Shown here piece by piece: positions 41,500 through 55,206 of a DNA stretch of 64,000 nt (its first letter is position 1; every line of letters begins with the position of its first letter). A program made the position numbers and the translations under genes. Below the pieces are notes generated by a model, which worked only from the letters and a program-made list of their open reading frames with translations, did no database searches and was not told the DNA's origin. This stretch comes from Antedon mediterranea (taxonomy: Eukaryota > Animalia > Echinodermata). The DNA lies in assembly GCF_964355755.1 (NCBI RefSeq), contig NC_092675.1, positions 5,079,812 to 5,143,811 on the forward strand. Direction: 5' to 3'.

Positions 41500-44400
41500 T
41501 CAAACTGCTTTGTTGATCTTTCTGTTAGATCTGTCATATGTTTCATAAACACCATCGTCATCAATACGTCGTTGACCGTTAGTCCTATGTTTTGGTACGG
41601 ATACGTGATTAAAAACGGTTTTTGTAACATCGGTGGATGCGTAAGGAACTGTTGGTTCTTCTATCGGAACGTTTTGAGACCACTCTTTAGGTAATTGTAC
41701 GTACATATAGCTCATATCCCGCGGTTGAATAGCAGGATATTTTTCTTCAATTCGTGGGGAATCAACTCTTTTACCATCTGAAATTGTATAAAATCAACTG
41801 GTATCATGACAATTCTGTTTTTATATTTAAATGTAGCAAGGCAGTGCTCCCCAGTGGTAGCGGGTTTACGTGGAAAGCAAACTTTCCCCATAACAGTCTT
41901 TATTCATTCAAGAGCTGGGGTACCAAAAGGGCATAATAATATGTACGTAATTCAATATTGTTCCATTAAACAATATTTTATAAACAAAATACTTAAAAAT
42001 GAAACATAACTTATTTGAAGGGTTATATCTGTTAAAATCCAAAGATATTTGAAAATTACATCTGACCATTGGCCTACCTGGTGATTTGTGTATTCGTATT
42101 TCTTCTTTTTTACCTGCCTGTTCTGTATCTACCTGATAATTTCCTAAAATTTACACCACAAAAAAAAAAGAATTGTGTGAGAAAAATTTTTAACACGATT
42201 CTATTTAGAGAACTGAGAGGGCGTGGTACAATCCTATTGGACCACGCTGCTCTCACGTCTCCAATGATCCAATGATCAAATTATCATTTCTTTTCAATTA
42301 GGCCTATTATTTAAATCAAAAGCAACATTGAGTTAACGATAGCTTTTACTAGTCAATGTTTTGTGTATGCTTCATCATGTGCAGTCTTCAATATAACCCC
42401 ACTTCAAAAACGTAATGTTAGAATTATTACAATTAAATATAAGTGAGTGTAGCCTACCTGTCCGTTCTTTCTTTGGTAATTTTATTGCCATTTCTTTTTT
42501 TGGTAACGGTGCTTCTGCTGCTTGTGTAATTGCATTTAACGATTTTAAGTTTCCACTTGAAAGAGATTTATTTGGAACTGTAAAATAATGTTTAAAACAA
42601 ATATGTTTCACTTGTAATTAATTAAGTATATTTTCTTGACGAGATTACGTCACACGGGCCTAAGATTCTTATAAATCTATCTAATTTATATCTTTATTAT
42701 AAAATGAAAATTTGCAAATTGAAAGTTTAGGCCTAATTACTAAATATAAAGTTTTACATAAAATTGTGTTTAGAAAATATGTACATATTCAAATAAAATC
42801 TGGATTGTTGTGTCTGGTCAATTGTAATTTAGTTGAGTCGTGGTTGAGTGTACTAGTAGAAAATAAAAATTATGAAAACATTATGACTACCTTGTCTTGC
42901 TTGAATTGGACTTCTTATGACACCATCTATATAAGTCGGGTTACTCAAAACTCGTTTAACTAAAAAAAACAGTACATTTATATTTTAAATTATCGATTAT
43001 ATATACATTTTCTCTACTATTTCGATGTTTGTTACAACATATATAACCTGTTGGTCATTACTATAGGAATATCAAGAACTATCATTCGACGAAGGATGTT
43101 TTTTTTTTCTGAAAGCTCCCGGGTTTCTTCTATTTTTTAGATTTTCTTATAACTGTATTTATTTTGCATCTAATTAAGTAGGCCTAACCTTGGTTTGTTT
43201 TTTTTTTTTTCAGTAATTTGCAGTTTAACTTATATAAAGACGGACATTCGATTTTAAATAGAAGCTACGTACGTTTGTGCAAGGCTTTTGCTTAGAAACA
43301 GAATGCGTTTTTACGTTTTATTTTTGGTCCCTGGAAGTGATTGTGTAATAGTGTCGATATATAAATCGTTTTTCAAGCAGAGTATTTGCAAATAACAACA
43401 TATAAGCACATGTTAATATTATAAGCAAATGCTTAATCAATTTATATATATTAAGCGCAATACAATTGGCATGAACAATGATTTAAATCTCAGATATAGG
43501 TGAAATTAAATCTAAAAACCACATTCAAAGTACGATTCTGTTGAATTCATTATATATTCATACTGAGAATATAATGTGTTTATCAGTTTTTACCTTTTGA
43601 TTTCAATTCAACTGCAAACTCTTGATATTCACCAGATGGGAATGTAGAACTGCCTATCTTATCAATATCTATTGACAAAAATCATCGTTGCAAAGTAAAT
43701 GATAAGATTCTTGTTCCTACATCTTATTATGCTCCATAATATACACCTCGTGTTACTCTTATGGTACACCATAAGTAGCTTATCTAAGAATTTTCACCGG
43801 GCGTACAAGGAAATATAAATAGGTTCTCAATTCAATACAGATTCGGTATTATTATTATTATTATTATTTAAGTACTTTACTTAGTTTTTGTGTTTTAATT
43901 CTTAAGTGAACACGACAACTTGTTTTGGCTGGTATCCGGTAATAGGTTGGTTTATATTTTAATATCTCCAGTGAAAGATATAAATAATCTTAGAAGAATT
44001 ACCTTTGTTGGACTTTGATAGAACTTTTTGAACTTGCTCATTTTGATGGCAGTGGCCATTTTGTTGGTGATCCAAAGGAATATTTGAATCTGTAAAATAT
44101 GTTCATACATAAATTATTATTTAATTGAAAGTAATATTAGAAATATTAATAATAATAATCGTATTATTCCTTTATTAACGTCCTTGGTCTGCCGAAGATA
44201 TAAGTTTAAAGGTGTTAGAAGTGTTAACATTTTTGAAGATGTAACTCTGATGACATCATTCGAGTTTTAAATGGAATTTCTACCACTTTTTAAAATTCAC
44301 TTTTTGCTTCACCGATTGTCAATATAGTTTATTTATATTATAGTTTAAACATTAGAAATGTAAAGCGGAATCTAAAATATGGAATATATTATTATGATTA

Positions 44401-47400
44401 AAGAAAATGTAAATACAAATCTATTTTACTACCTCCACCACCTTGATTTTCATCTGGTTGAATAATTACAGTAGTGATCAGTCCTGATGTATTGTAGATA
44501 GCGTTGTTGAATTCAAATTTCACTATTAAAAATAAATACAATTCTAATTATTAATCAGTCCTATATGAACTACAATCATTAATTAAATAGTGTACAGTAC
44601 TGTTGGTATCTGAAGAAAGTGAAATATCAAAGATGTAATACATAAATTTGATTGCTTAGCAAAACTTACTAAGCCAACTCATGCCAAATTTAGGAGGGTC
44701 AAACTGTTTTATTTTTACATGTATTTTGATTATGTAATAACGGCCAACACACATTTTAGACAACTCTATGAAGTCTTTTATTCGTTACATTATTTGTTAT
44801 TTCGTTTAATCATTGTTCTTTAAAAACAACTTAAAAGTTCAAATAAAATTAGTGCGAACAAATGTAGTACGATCAACCCGGCCTAGATCAGAAAGATTCA
44901 AATAATATAGCCTAAATAATATAAAGCTACAAATTTAAAAAAAAAGAAGCTATTTAGCTTTTTTGAACTGTAAGAATAACGGTAATGCTGTGGTGAATAA
45001 TAGAAACCAATGGAATTAGAATTAAGTTTACCTTTACTTGAAACAGGTTGTGGTTCCGGTCGTGCATGATTAGCTACTAGAAAAAAAGAGGGCGATATTT
45101 ATAAAACTGTTAGAACAGCAACATTTAACTTATTTAACAAACAGTTTTCCACCAGTGGTGGCGCTAGAATAAAACAATACCCTACTGAGTGTACCCATGG
45201 ATTAATGAATTCATTAATCCATGGTGTACCCATCAAAGATTTTTGCCTGAAACTACCCTTAATATGTCTAATATCAACGGAGCTCTCCGCGTTCAGCAAA
45301 TTTTGCTGCCACCACTAGACTATAACAAAAATACCCAGGAAGTTGCAAAGTTGAATGTACAATGATGTGTTATAGGAGACAGGGCAATAGCATAATAATA
45401 AAGTACAAACCTTCTGTTTGTGGTGGGAGTGGTGTATCCTCTTCCACAGTTAAGTTAAATTCGGCGCTATGAAGACATAAAAGTCAGTAGATTAATAACA
45501 TTACTTAAGCTTGATTCCCACTAGGACGTAAAGCAACGACGTAAACGCAACGTAAGCGAGTTGACCAATTACAAGCTTTGTATTATTCTAACTTTCTCCT
45601 GTGGGAACCAAGCTTTAGGGCCAACGTAACGTTATTTAAAGTGCGAATTAATTTAACTTGCTGTCATTATACTTAGTGTCATACGAAATAGGTGGAAGAA
45701 CGACATGATATTAAAATAGAGGGACTCGTGTAATTGTGTACAATAAAAAAAGGTCCAAATAAAAACGTAAAACTTACTCGTAATTGCCATTATCCAGCGT
45801 GTGTTTACGTCGTTTATGATGACTAACGCAACACACACTCAACGTAAGAAAAGCCGAGAAGATTGCTACCCCAGTGAGGGCGTACGCCACATGCAATAAC
45901 ATTGAACTTTTAGCAAACTGGTCTATTTCGTGTGTTGTATTGTCAGAAGCAAATCCATTATTCCGAGCTTTGTAAATTGGAGTTACCCGTCGATTCGGAG
46001 GATCTGTCTGCGAGTCTAAGCTTGGATCATGCCGGATATCTAGGTGATAAAAGCAGTTGTTATGATCAATGTGTAAATAAAGCAATTCAATTCGTCAAAT
46101 CCATTATATTCAGTCGTTATTTCTCGCGCTTTGTGATTTAGACTAATTGACTCTCAAATTCCACAACATAAAATGAGGTAGTTATGTCAACCAATAGTAC
46201 ACTTGATTTGTTTAATAACAAAAAGTACATAGGCAGGTATAAAGTATCTTCCCATACTAATTTTCCTACCACATCTTTAATTTTGGTTCATTTTTATTGT
46301 TAATTAGTACAGTACGTTATTTACTATCTATGTGATCTTTTCTAAATTTTTTATACTCTCCATTATTCAAGTTATCTTGATAAATATTGATTTCCTAAAA
46401 TACATGTTGACATTTTTGTTTTTTTTAAATAATTATTTGATAATTTTATTTGATTTAATCAAAAAAACATTGCGTTTGGTTAAAAAACAACCAGTTTACA
46501 AAACCACCAACAAACTGATTAAGACACATGCCTACCTTGTGTTTTGTTTTCACATATCAACAGATGTTGATTTCCAGATCTGTAAACGGAGTTTGAACAA
46601 CTTTCTTCTTCAAAGAAATAGAATTGATATGATTCGAAGCCACTTTCCTTTAACACAGTTTCCATAAACGCATGATCACTATCATCAGCAAATTTTGGCA
46701 AGAAAAGTGTAAAGTTTGTGCAAAGAGATTCGAACCTATGACACTGATGGATTGGCAAGTTCTTCTGTATTGACGACGTCTCACTTGATCCCGAGGCTGA
46801 AATGTATAGCATCATATGAAAATTTTTCACATTTAGGCCAAATTGTTTTTTGTTTTTTAAAAGTTCAATATTCCTAATTAATAATATTATTTCGGATGGG
46901 TTTTTTCTCGGTAATTTGCCTTAAAAACTATAAAAACAATGTCTCGATCAGATTTTTAGTTGGTGGTATAAGAAGGCCCAGTTATATTAGACCAGACAGA
47001 TTCAGGGTTTAGGCTAATGAAACTATGTCAATAATTAATTAAAATTAATAATTCGTACTGTAAGCGATGAGGAAGATACATTTTGTTTTTATTTTAACCA
47101 ATAAATATAAGTTGATGTTATTGTAATAACAAGGTTTCTCAAAACAATTGTGTGCAACAAACCTTTAATGAGGCAAGGTAAATTATTATTATGTTTCCAT
47201 TCGCCTGCATTCTGTGTGTATATAACGTACTTCTTACACCTATGAAATATAACAGTCTATTATATAAGACATATCACATACACGCACACACCCTGATTAT
47301 TAAACCACAATTACTGCAATTATCCGATATAAGGCGATCGCTGATGGGAGTTTCAACTCAACGAGTGGGCACCAGAGATCAGACAAGTTTTAGTTCTGTC

Positions 47401-47758
47401 GTGATTTCATTGTGAGACATTGAAGAAAACGTGTTCTACTCCTGTTTTTTTTAAAAGAAATATATTCAATTAACTTATTTATTATATCACAGAAGTCTAG
47501 GTTCTAGACTGAATTTCAACTTTATATCGGTAAAAACATGGCGTTTCGTATAATACTTGAGCTCGAAATTCCATTTTTCATTTTGATTTTCCAGACAAAA
47601 TCGAAACTTCGACTGACCAGGTGGATTAACATAAAACAAAGACAGATATGATAATAATACCTTGATTTATCATCGTCATCATCTTCATCGAGAGCTTGAC
47701 AAAACGTTCCTCCTTTCATATTCATACTGTCATAGACTAAAACCATTAACAGCCACAT
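41500..47758 (-). CDS. Uncharacterised single-pass receptor-like protein (~505 aa, 12 exons) with Cys-containing ectodomain and Tyr-rich cytoplasmic tail
   Basis: Exons 47758-47661, 47239-47163, 46796-46536, 46039-45778, 45466-45411, 45076-45032, 44522-44433, 44089-44003, 43668-43594, 42959-42891, 42577-42458, 41777-41500; all GT-AG, phases compatible, total 1518 nt. TM MLLHVAYALTGVAIFSAFLTLSVCCVS followed by HHKRRK. True start codon uncertain. Confidence 0.75.
42168..42264. repeat. Dispersed hairpin-containing repeat, copy 2 (intronic)
   Basis: Near-identical to 13726-13822. Confidence 0.85.
45508..45614. mobile_element. PIF/Harbinger-type MITE with TTA TSD (intronic)
   Basis: tta|agcttgattcccactagga...tcctgtgggaaccaagct|tta: TIRs plus a perfect 3-bp TTA duplication. 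Confidence 0.8.
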
Positions 47759-48537
47759 ATGACATATCTCCAGCCATGAATGGTTAAAAACCTGAAAAGA
47801 ATAAACAAAAAATGTTGTATAGCGTTTATCATGAGACTGAGGTAAAGATTGGCCCCTTTCCAATTATGTTATGAAAATATGAAAACAATTACATAATTAT
47901 TTTTGGTAAACAGAAAGATAAACATAAAATGATTAGAACAAAATTGCGTTATGCTTACAGAGAAATACAACATATACGAAATAAAACGAAAATGATATAT
48001 AACCCTCACTTTCCGCCCACCCATGAAAAAAAAGAAGATATTTGAGAATGTAAAATAGTAACTTTTTTAAAAAGATGAATATCATAATTATGTTTGAAAT
48101 TCTTTGTTTTTTGTCGACACTAAAATAACTGTTGGATTTATTGCCCGTTTTGGTATTAATGTGATCAGGCCTAAATATGAATTAATACTACCAAGTAAAA
48201 ATAATATGTTAAGCAGGAATTTAATACAATAATTTCCTTGTTGACGTACCTAATTCCATACCCCATGACCACGTACAAGGTTGTATTCCTTGAAAGACCC
48301 CGGTAACCTATTTCACTTAAATCATTTTGCGTTGGTCGTAGGCTACATTAACTATTTACAGTATTCATTTCTTATTGCACGCATTAGGCCTACACATTAT
48401 ATTATATACTGTGTATACTTATAGCATGGAGAAAAGAATAAATTATTCTTTACTCCACATGCTTATAGGCCTATTGCCAAAATGTATAGCCTGGCCTATA
48501 TTTTGTGTACAGTCAGTAGGAAAGATCGAATAACCCT

Positions 48538-48950
48538 AATAATAATAATAATAATTTATTTGGAAGCTAAGGTGCTTCCATAATACAGTAAGTAAAATAA
48601 AAGTTTAAAAACAAAATGATTTAACAATAGGTCTATTTGCAATACAAGAAACTTGAAATTAATTATGTACAAGAAGTAATACAGAATTTAAAAAGCAAAG
48701 AACTAATTATTTTCATTGTTGATTTCCCTTCTCTTTTTCTATGCACGTTTGGTGAAACCTTTACAAAATCTATCGAATGCAACTTCAATATTTATAGGAA
48801 GATCAAGTACAGGTGAACCAAGAAAATACATTATTTTTTGGTCTATAGTTCCCTTATTAAATTGGTTCCAAACGTCAATTGAATATCTGATTACTATTAC
48901 AGTTATATTAGCACATTTTATTTATACACATTGTTGGCCTATACTAAACA
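48538..48950 (-). mobile_element. Degenerate LINE 3' remnant
   Basis: Minus strand gives SIGQQC...IDVWNQF (decayed ORF2 end); the tail aataataata..tttatttggaagcta is also found at ~24531. Confidence 0.45.
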
Positions 48951-50661
48951 AAAACTAAACTCAAATCTAACCTAAACTGAATTATTATAACATTTCAAAG
49001 GCATTCCAACGATGTGTGACTGATTAAATAGGCCTACTTTTCACTGTCCTGAAGACCGTTACGTAACTAAAGTGTAACACAATTGTTACGTTATACACAA
49101 ACATTACCGGTACTACATATTACAGTACCATTTCAATATGGCAATTATCTATAGTATAACACACGCCATTAGAGCATCTTACAATTAATCCACCACAGAG
49201 TTATACAACAACTGTTTATTTTTGTAATCCAAACCAAGACTGTGGTAAGCAGTGGTAAACTTGGAGCAGTCTCAACAATGTGAGAGGGCCTATATACCAT
49301 ATAGGCCCTCCGTAGTCAAGTCGGTATCCATGACTTATTCTATAAAAATAGTCCTACCATTTGTTTTTCTAAAGTGATTATAAAATCAAGATCAACTTAC
49401 CCCCATGATGTCTATATTAATCTTGTCTTTAGAATGATACCTAATCTTGTATTAACCGCTCTCGAGGAGTACACGAGGATAAGTTTTAGAAATTGTCCGT
49501 TGCCGTCAGATCCAAACAAAACAATGCTTCCTGGTTTTGAGCCAATACCAGCGAATAATATGGCTGAGATATTACACCTCCGCTAATAACGTAACCGGAA
49601 CATTATTTATTTAAGAAAACAAAAAAAAACTAAACAAAGATTAATAATTATTATGAAATAATATCAGCAGACGATTTTTAGTTTAAACAGTTTTTATTAT
49701 CAATCCTTTAAGCGCTATTTGTGAACGAGCAAATAAAGTCTTAGATTATTGAGAAGTTAAAAAATAAATATTAGACATAGGCCTAATTAAATTGACGGTT
49801 GGAGACTAAAAGCTGATAAGCCCTCAATCAAAAGAAAGTAGACCCTTTAATTATGAATACCATCTCGGTAGTACTTCAAGGACAAAACAAAATGATATGG
49901 TTCACTGGAGTAAGCCACTCCGAACAGGAACTAAAGTTATTCTTTATGATTTCCTTTTATAGCATTAAGGTCAGGTCGTCTCAAATATTGCATACCCAAG
50001 TGTACCTAATAAATATCAACATAAGGAAATGGCATCATTGGTTTCTATATAGGCCTACTGTATAAATAACTCATGTTGGTACTTTCAGAGTTTTCTCCAG
50101 TCACTTTTTTGTCGATATGTTGATATTCCAGTTCTTATGTGTAAAGTTTATCAATTAGAGGGTTTTTTTCCGATTTTTTGAAAGAAAAAAATAATAATTT
50201 CACGGCAATTTCATAATATTATTATGCGGATCATCAATTCACAGTTTGGCCCGATGTTTTTTTTTTCTTTATGGCAGAGAATTTTTTTCTAAAGAAATTT
50301 CACCGGTTTGTAATTCAGAATCTCAGGATAATTTGTGTTTTGTATGTTGAATGTCTTACTTTTTACAGATAATATAAAATATATAAATTCACGTGTCGAA
50401 TGTATATAGTCTGTATATATAATATAATCTCAGCACTGTTTCCCCTATAAATTATAATAATGTGGGATCATAATATAAATTTGTAATACGCTGGTGGCGC
50501 TATATATTATTGTCTGCACATGCTCTCAACGTGTTTAGTTTTCATTGGTTCAATTCACGTGTTTATGAACAACACGACGCTTTAGCAGAGGTCGAATTTT
50601 GTTAGGCCTAGGCTGAAACGATTAAAAGTACTCATTTAAGTAATCTTTAAAGTACTCAGCT

Positions 50662-52844
50662 ATGGTAGTGGTAACAAGAAGCCATAACCTTGTGTTTTTA
50701 CTGTTAATCGGGTTTACTCTCGTAGTAAATCGATGCACTTGCAGTTTACAAGGAATGACACTTACCCCAGACGACGAGGATGATGATGAAGAAGTCGACG
50801 ATGAAGACTTTCCAACCTCAGGCAAACTTTCGTTCAAGACGCCGGACCTGGATGACGAACATGCTCATTCACAACACATGCCAGATGCACTTAAATGTGA
50901 TGCATGTAGACTTCTAACTTTTAGGGTAGGTTACCATTCTTATTCCTGGTGTGGGCTATATTCCTATATCGGACTGAGGATCGAGAACTAAACTAGGCCT
51001 AGCTAGGCCTAGGCCTATATAGGCTAGCTAGGCCCCTATATTTATATATAAAAAGTGGTTATTGTTCGTTCGAAGGCCTTTAGTATTACTAATACGAGCT
51101 AGATCTAGGCCTAACTAGCTAGCCACCTGACCTGATTTAGGTAGACAGGCCATGCTGATAAGCTCCTACTGTAAACTAGAGTAAAGTAGGCTACTAGCCC
51201 TACTAAAATACTAAATAGGCATTTTTAGAATTTTAGAAGAGGGTTGTTGAGGTGGCATGGACATGGTTTAATTAATGTTTAGGCCTATATTTGACTTTAA
51301 GAACATTTTAACATTTTCCAATATCTGTTTCTCAAAAAATACATTTTTACCACAATCCTAATGAAGCATAATAATTACTATTAGGCATAACATTTTTTTT
51401 AATAGAAATTATACCAACCAGTTTGTTGGACGTTTGACTTATAAAAAACAAAAAACCATTAAAATCAAAATACAAAACCAGCTGTTTGTGAAGCTCCTCA
51501 CCTCTTGACAATCAGTGTATTGTTTCCAATTAACAACTTCACACATTATTGACATTTTTAATCTATTGATTTTTAAACAATGCACTACAATGATTCTGGA
51601 GTGATCATGCAAATAAATGTGTGAATGATCTGTTTGGGCAAAATTTATATTATTATTAATTCTCACTGTTTTAAATTTTCATCAATAAAAACACTGTACT
51701 GTACTACTGAATAAAGTATAGATTTTATAAACTTTAACTTTTATAAAACTTATATTGAACTCTCTATCTTTCTTGTACACTTTTTAGATGCAAGAAAAGT
51801 TTGATACAGCAAATAAGAAACGTCCATCACTTAAGAAGAATCTACCTGAATCTGAAATACTTGACCTTTTTGAAGATGTCTGCGGAAGTCAATTTGACAA
51901 GTAAGCAACCATTTAAATAAGGCAACACTGAGAAATAATATTTACTGGGCTAGTACAATACTGTCTGTGCCTTGTGAGTTAGCAACCATGCTCATATCAA
52001 TCAAAGGCCTTCGAAAGAAGAAAGTCTCTCTTGACATCCTTCTGCAACTCTTCTCTGTCTTTGACTTTTCTCTTCATCCGCCCATACCTTCTTCCTTTCT
52101 TAATTTAGCAGCATCCATGTTTTTGTTTTGTTTGTTCTTAATACAGTGTTGGAGTGAAAGAGATCAAGGGAATACCCAGGCTGTCTGGACCAGGTCTTGA
52201 AACAGCTGATGTGCCAGGAGTGATGGCTGGTGGAGGAAAATGGCCTGGAAGGTATTTTTGTTTTAAATATTATTGACCTTTATGGATTTTTGGGTCAGAT
52301 GTAAAAATGTACTGATTCTCAGAAAGAATATTAATAAGAATATTATTTGAAAAAGAAATTGTCTATATGATGTTCTTGGCCAATTGCTTGATTTGGAGTC
52401 ATAATCAAATGATGATTGGGTACAGATTTAAGCCCAAATATGCAAACAAAAAAATAAAATAATTTTATGTCATGAAACCCAACAACTAACAGCTAGAGTA
52501 CTCTGTACCTAAAAGTATAAAATAATTATACATGTTATGTGATGTGATGAAAATTATATAATTTGTTTGTATTGTGACATCATTTTAGTTATATTGATAG
52601 GTGGTCATATTTTTATGATTGATATCCATTTTTAATGATAATTTGTATGTTCAGGCTAATGCAGCTGTGTGATACATATGTTGGTGAACTGGGCGAGGAA
52701 GAGATATATGAGGCTTACAAGGAAGGCAAACTACAAGATTTTGTATGTAGACAACCTGGACAGGATTGCTACAATTATAAAGAACCAACTAAGAAAAGTA
52801 AAAAGAAGAAAAACAAGAAACAAAAATCTAAAGAAGAACTATAA
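50662..52844 (+). CDS. MZB1: MZB1/pERp1-like ER-resident saposin-fold (canopy-related) chaperone, 223 aa
   Basis: Exons 50662-50925, 51788-51900, 52147-52251, 52655-52844 (672 nt). Signal peptide, HMPDALKCDAC, RLSGPGL, GGKWPGRL..CDTYVGELGEEEIY match remembered MZB1 motifs; C-terminal KEEL ER-retention signal. Confidence 0.88.
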
Positions 52845-54881
52845 AATTTAGGTTATATTTTTAAAATTCTTTTTTCTCCTGAAATATAAGTTTTTACTAC
52901 TTTATTATATACATTTTAATGCTTTACATTTTAAATGTACTTTCTTCATTTATTGCTGTTTTCTGTTGTTATAAGAACAACGTTACACAGGATATTTTAA
53001 TGATATATGCTTTTGTATTTGTGTAACATTAATTGTTATATATAAGTATACCTACGTGAGGTGGACATTTTTGGCCAATTTTAGTATTTAGTAAAAGTAA
53101 AACAAACATTTTTTATATTTTTGGAAAAATGTAGTTCTCGAACAAACTGTTCTAACCCTTAAAATTATTTGTTTTTTATTTTCGTATATCGATAAAATAT
53201 TATTTAAATATTTAGTGTTTAATATTTATACTTTCACATTCCATATTATTATCGTACAACATTTATAGCTTGTATTTTTATTATTAGAGTATTATAATCC
53301 TAATATTAAAAAAATATTATATTATAATTTTCTTTTAAATACACGGAAATATAACGAAATAATGTTGTCATTTTCATACACTATAAATATTCAAACTAAG
53401 CACTACTGGTATTTGACATTCTTATTAGAATGATTGACAGTGCATGTTCAGCAAATTAATTACAAAATTATATCAATTTTTATAAAATAGATTTATATAA
53501 TCGGTGGTATATGTTTCCATGCATAGACCAACAATACTTTGAATAATCCATCGATTGAGATTGGTCAAATCACTTGCGTTGCGTTACGCCCTTGCGTTGC
53601 TAGTGGAAACCAAGCGTTAACGAACGCTTTTGTACATTGTAAGAAAAAACTTACGATATAAAAATGATTAGTTAGCTCTGCACACCTGGCCTATTATACT
53701 ACTGTATAATGATTGTATTCTTCAGGTGCATGTTATAATCGTGTATTTTAGGGTGTGTTACAGATGCAATGATGTACATATGGATTACAATGTTTCATTG
53801 TTTGGTATCCATAATGCTTCATTGTTTTGTATTTTGAAATTAGAACATAATATTATAATTCTTTATAACTGGAAATTAATAAACTAAAAGTTTAAGAAGA
53901 TAAAATAACAAAATGTATAAAAGAAAAAAGTATTTATATGCATTTTGTTTTGTGGTTATATTGTAATAGTATGAATAAAACGGTATGCAACTCAATATTA
54001 TGGTGAACATGATCGTTTTGCTGATTTTATCTCGTGGCCATAGTAATGGTTATGTTTAGGTCTATCCTTATTATCTCTTCATTGCTTTTTATAAGCAATT
54101 TTCGTTAGGCCAGTCCATGAATGAAAATAATCGATTCATTCGCTCTTGCCCCGCATTATTGGTATGTAATATTTATAAATAATAATAATTCATCCATAAG
54201 AAAGGACTACAGTCTTCTCTACTAGCTACTAGTGACGAGTCTCTGAGTCTGGAATGCTTTGCACGAACAGAATGCATGTGGCCCGGCATTACACTTTGTC
54301 TTATTTGTCCTAAACGTAAAAACAAATTGTCGAACGTAAAAACAAACGTCACATACTGAAGTCCAACTTCTTGTCGAATTAGTGTTCTGTATTGGTTTTA
54401 TTAGTGGTCTGTTGGTGGTTGAATTAGTTTCAATCGTACAGACAGTACAGGAAGAAGGTTTGCCCTTCCCTCTCTAGGCCTATATTAGATATTACAGAGG
54501 CCTATATATTTACGTACCATTAAATATATTTTGAAAACATTATATAATGATACTGCAGATACGTTTGTTTGAGTGAACAAGGATTGCATAAGCACATTTT
54601 TAATTATTTTATGCCAAAAGTTAAAGCCAGACCTTATCGGGGACTAAGCAAAGTTTGCTTAAATAGCTATGACACGCAAAAGAGCTTATCGATAATCTCG
54701 TTTTTGTCTGCATTTATAATGACGGTTTTAATATTTTACGAATAAATTATACGCATTATATATTTAGAATTAATATATATTAACGTTTCGCGTACAAATA
54801 TTGGTGATGCACGGGGAAACTAAAATACCCAACATACTTGGGAAATGGCAGTTGTGGCGTGTCATAAACTTTACTTGACTT

Positions 54882-54894
54882 GTCTCCTAGCAAC
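54882..54894. promoter_or_regulatory. RFX X-box upstream of the ciliary gene CFAP96
   Basis: GTCTCCTAGCAAC resembles the X-box consensus GTNRCC(n)RGYAAC; lies just upstream of a probable non-coding first exon ending at a gtaagt donor (~55085). Confidence 0.65.
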
Positions 54895-55206
54895 TAAAGC
54901 CAGTATTGTTGTTTTTGTGTACACACACACGTACCACCACATTCCCACGGTGCGGCACACACATCATCACAGGATCTCTTTCTTGATATTTAAGAGAAAA
55001 AACAACAAGTTTATTATGATTTTGACATGTTGGTAATCGTTTGGAGAACATAATAATACAAGTTGCTAAAGTAAAAAAACAATCGTAAGTAAAAGTAAGC
55101 TATAGAAAGAAAGAAGAAGGCTAGCCGAGTCTAGCATAGTAGGCACTGTACTCTGACTGTGTAGTTAGAATGTTTTGTTTGTATTGTGTCCAACACCACC
55201 GCGAGG

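Noticed and set aside
43048-43129. Extra exon of the receptor gene
   Set aside because: Would end in phase 2 and break the frame; it contains a 10-nt homopolymer, so an assembly error cannot be excluded.
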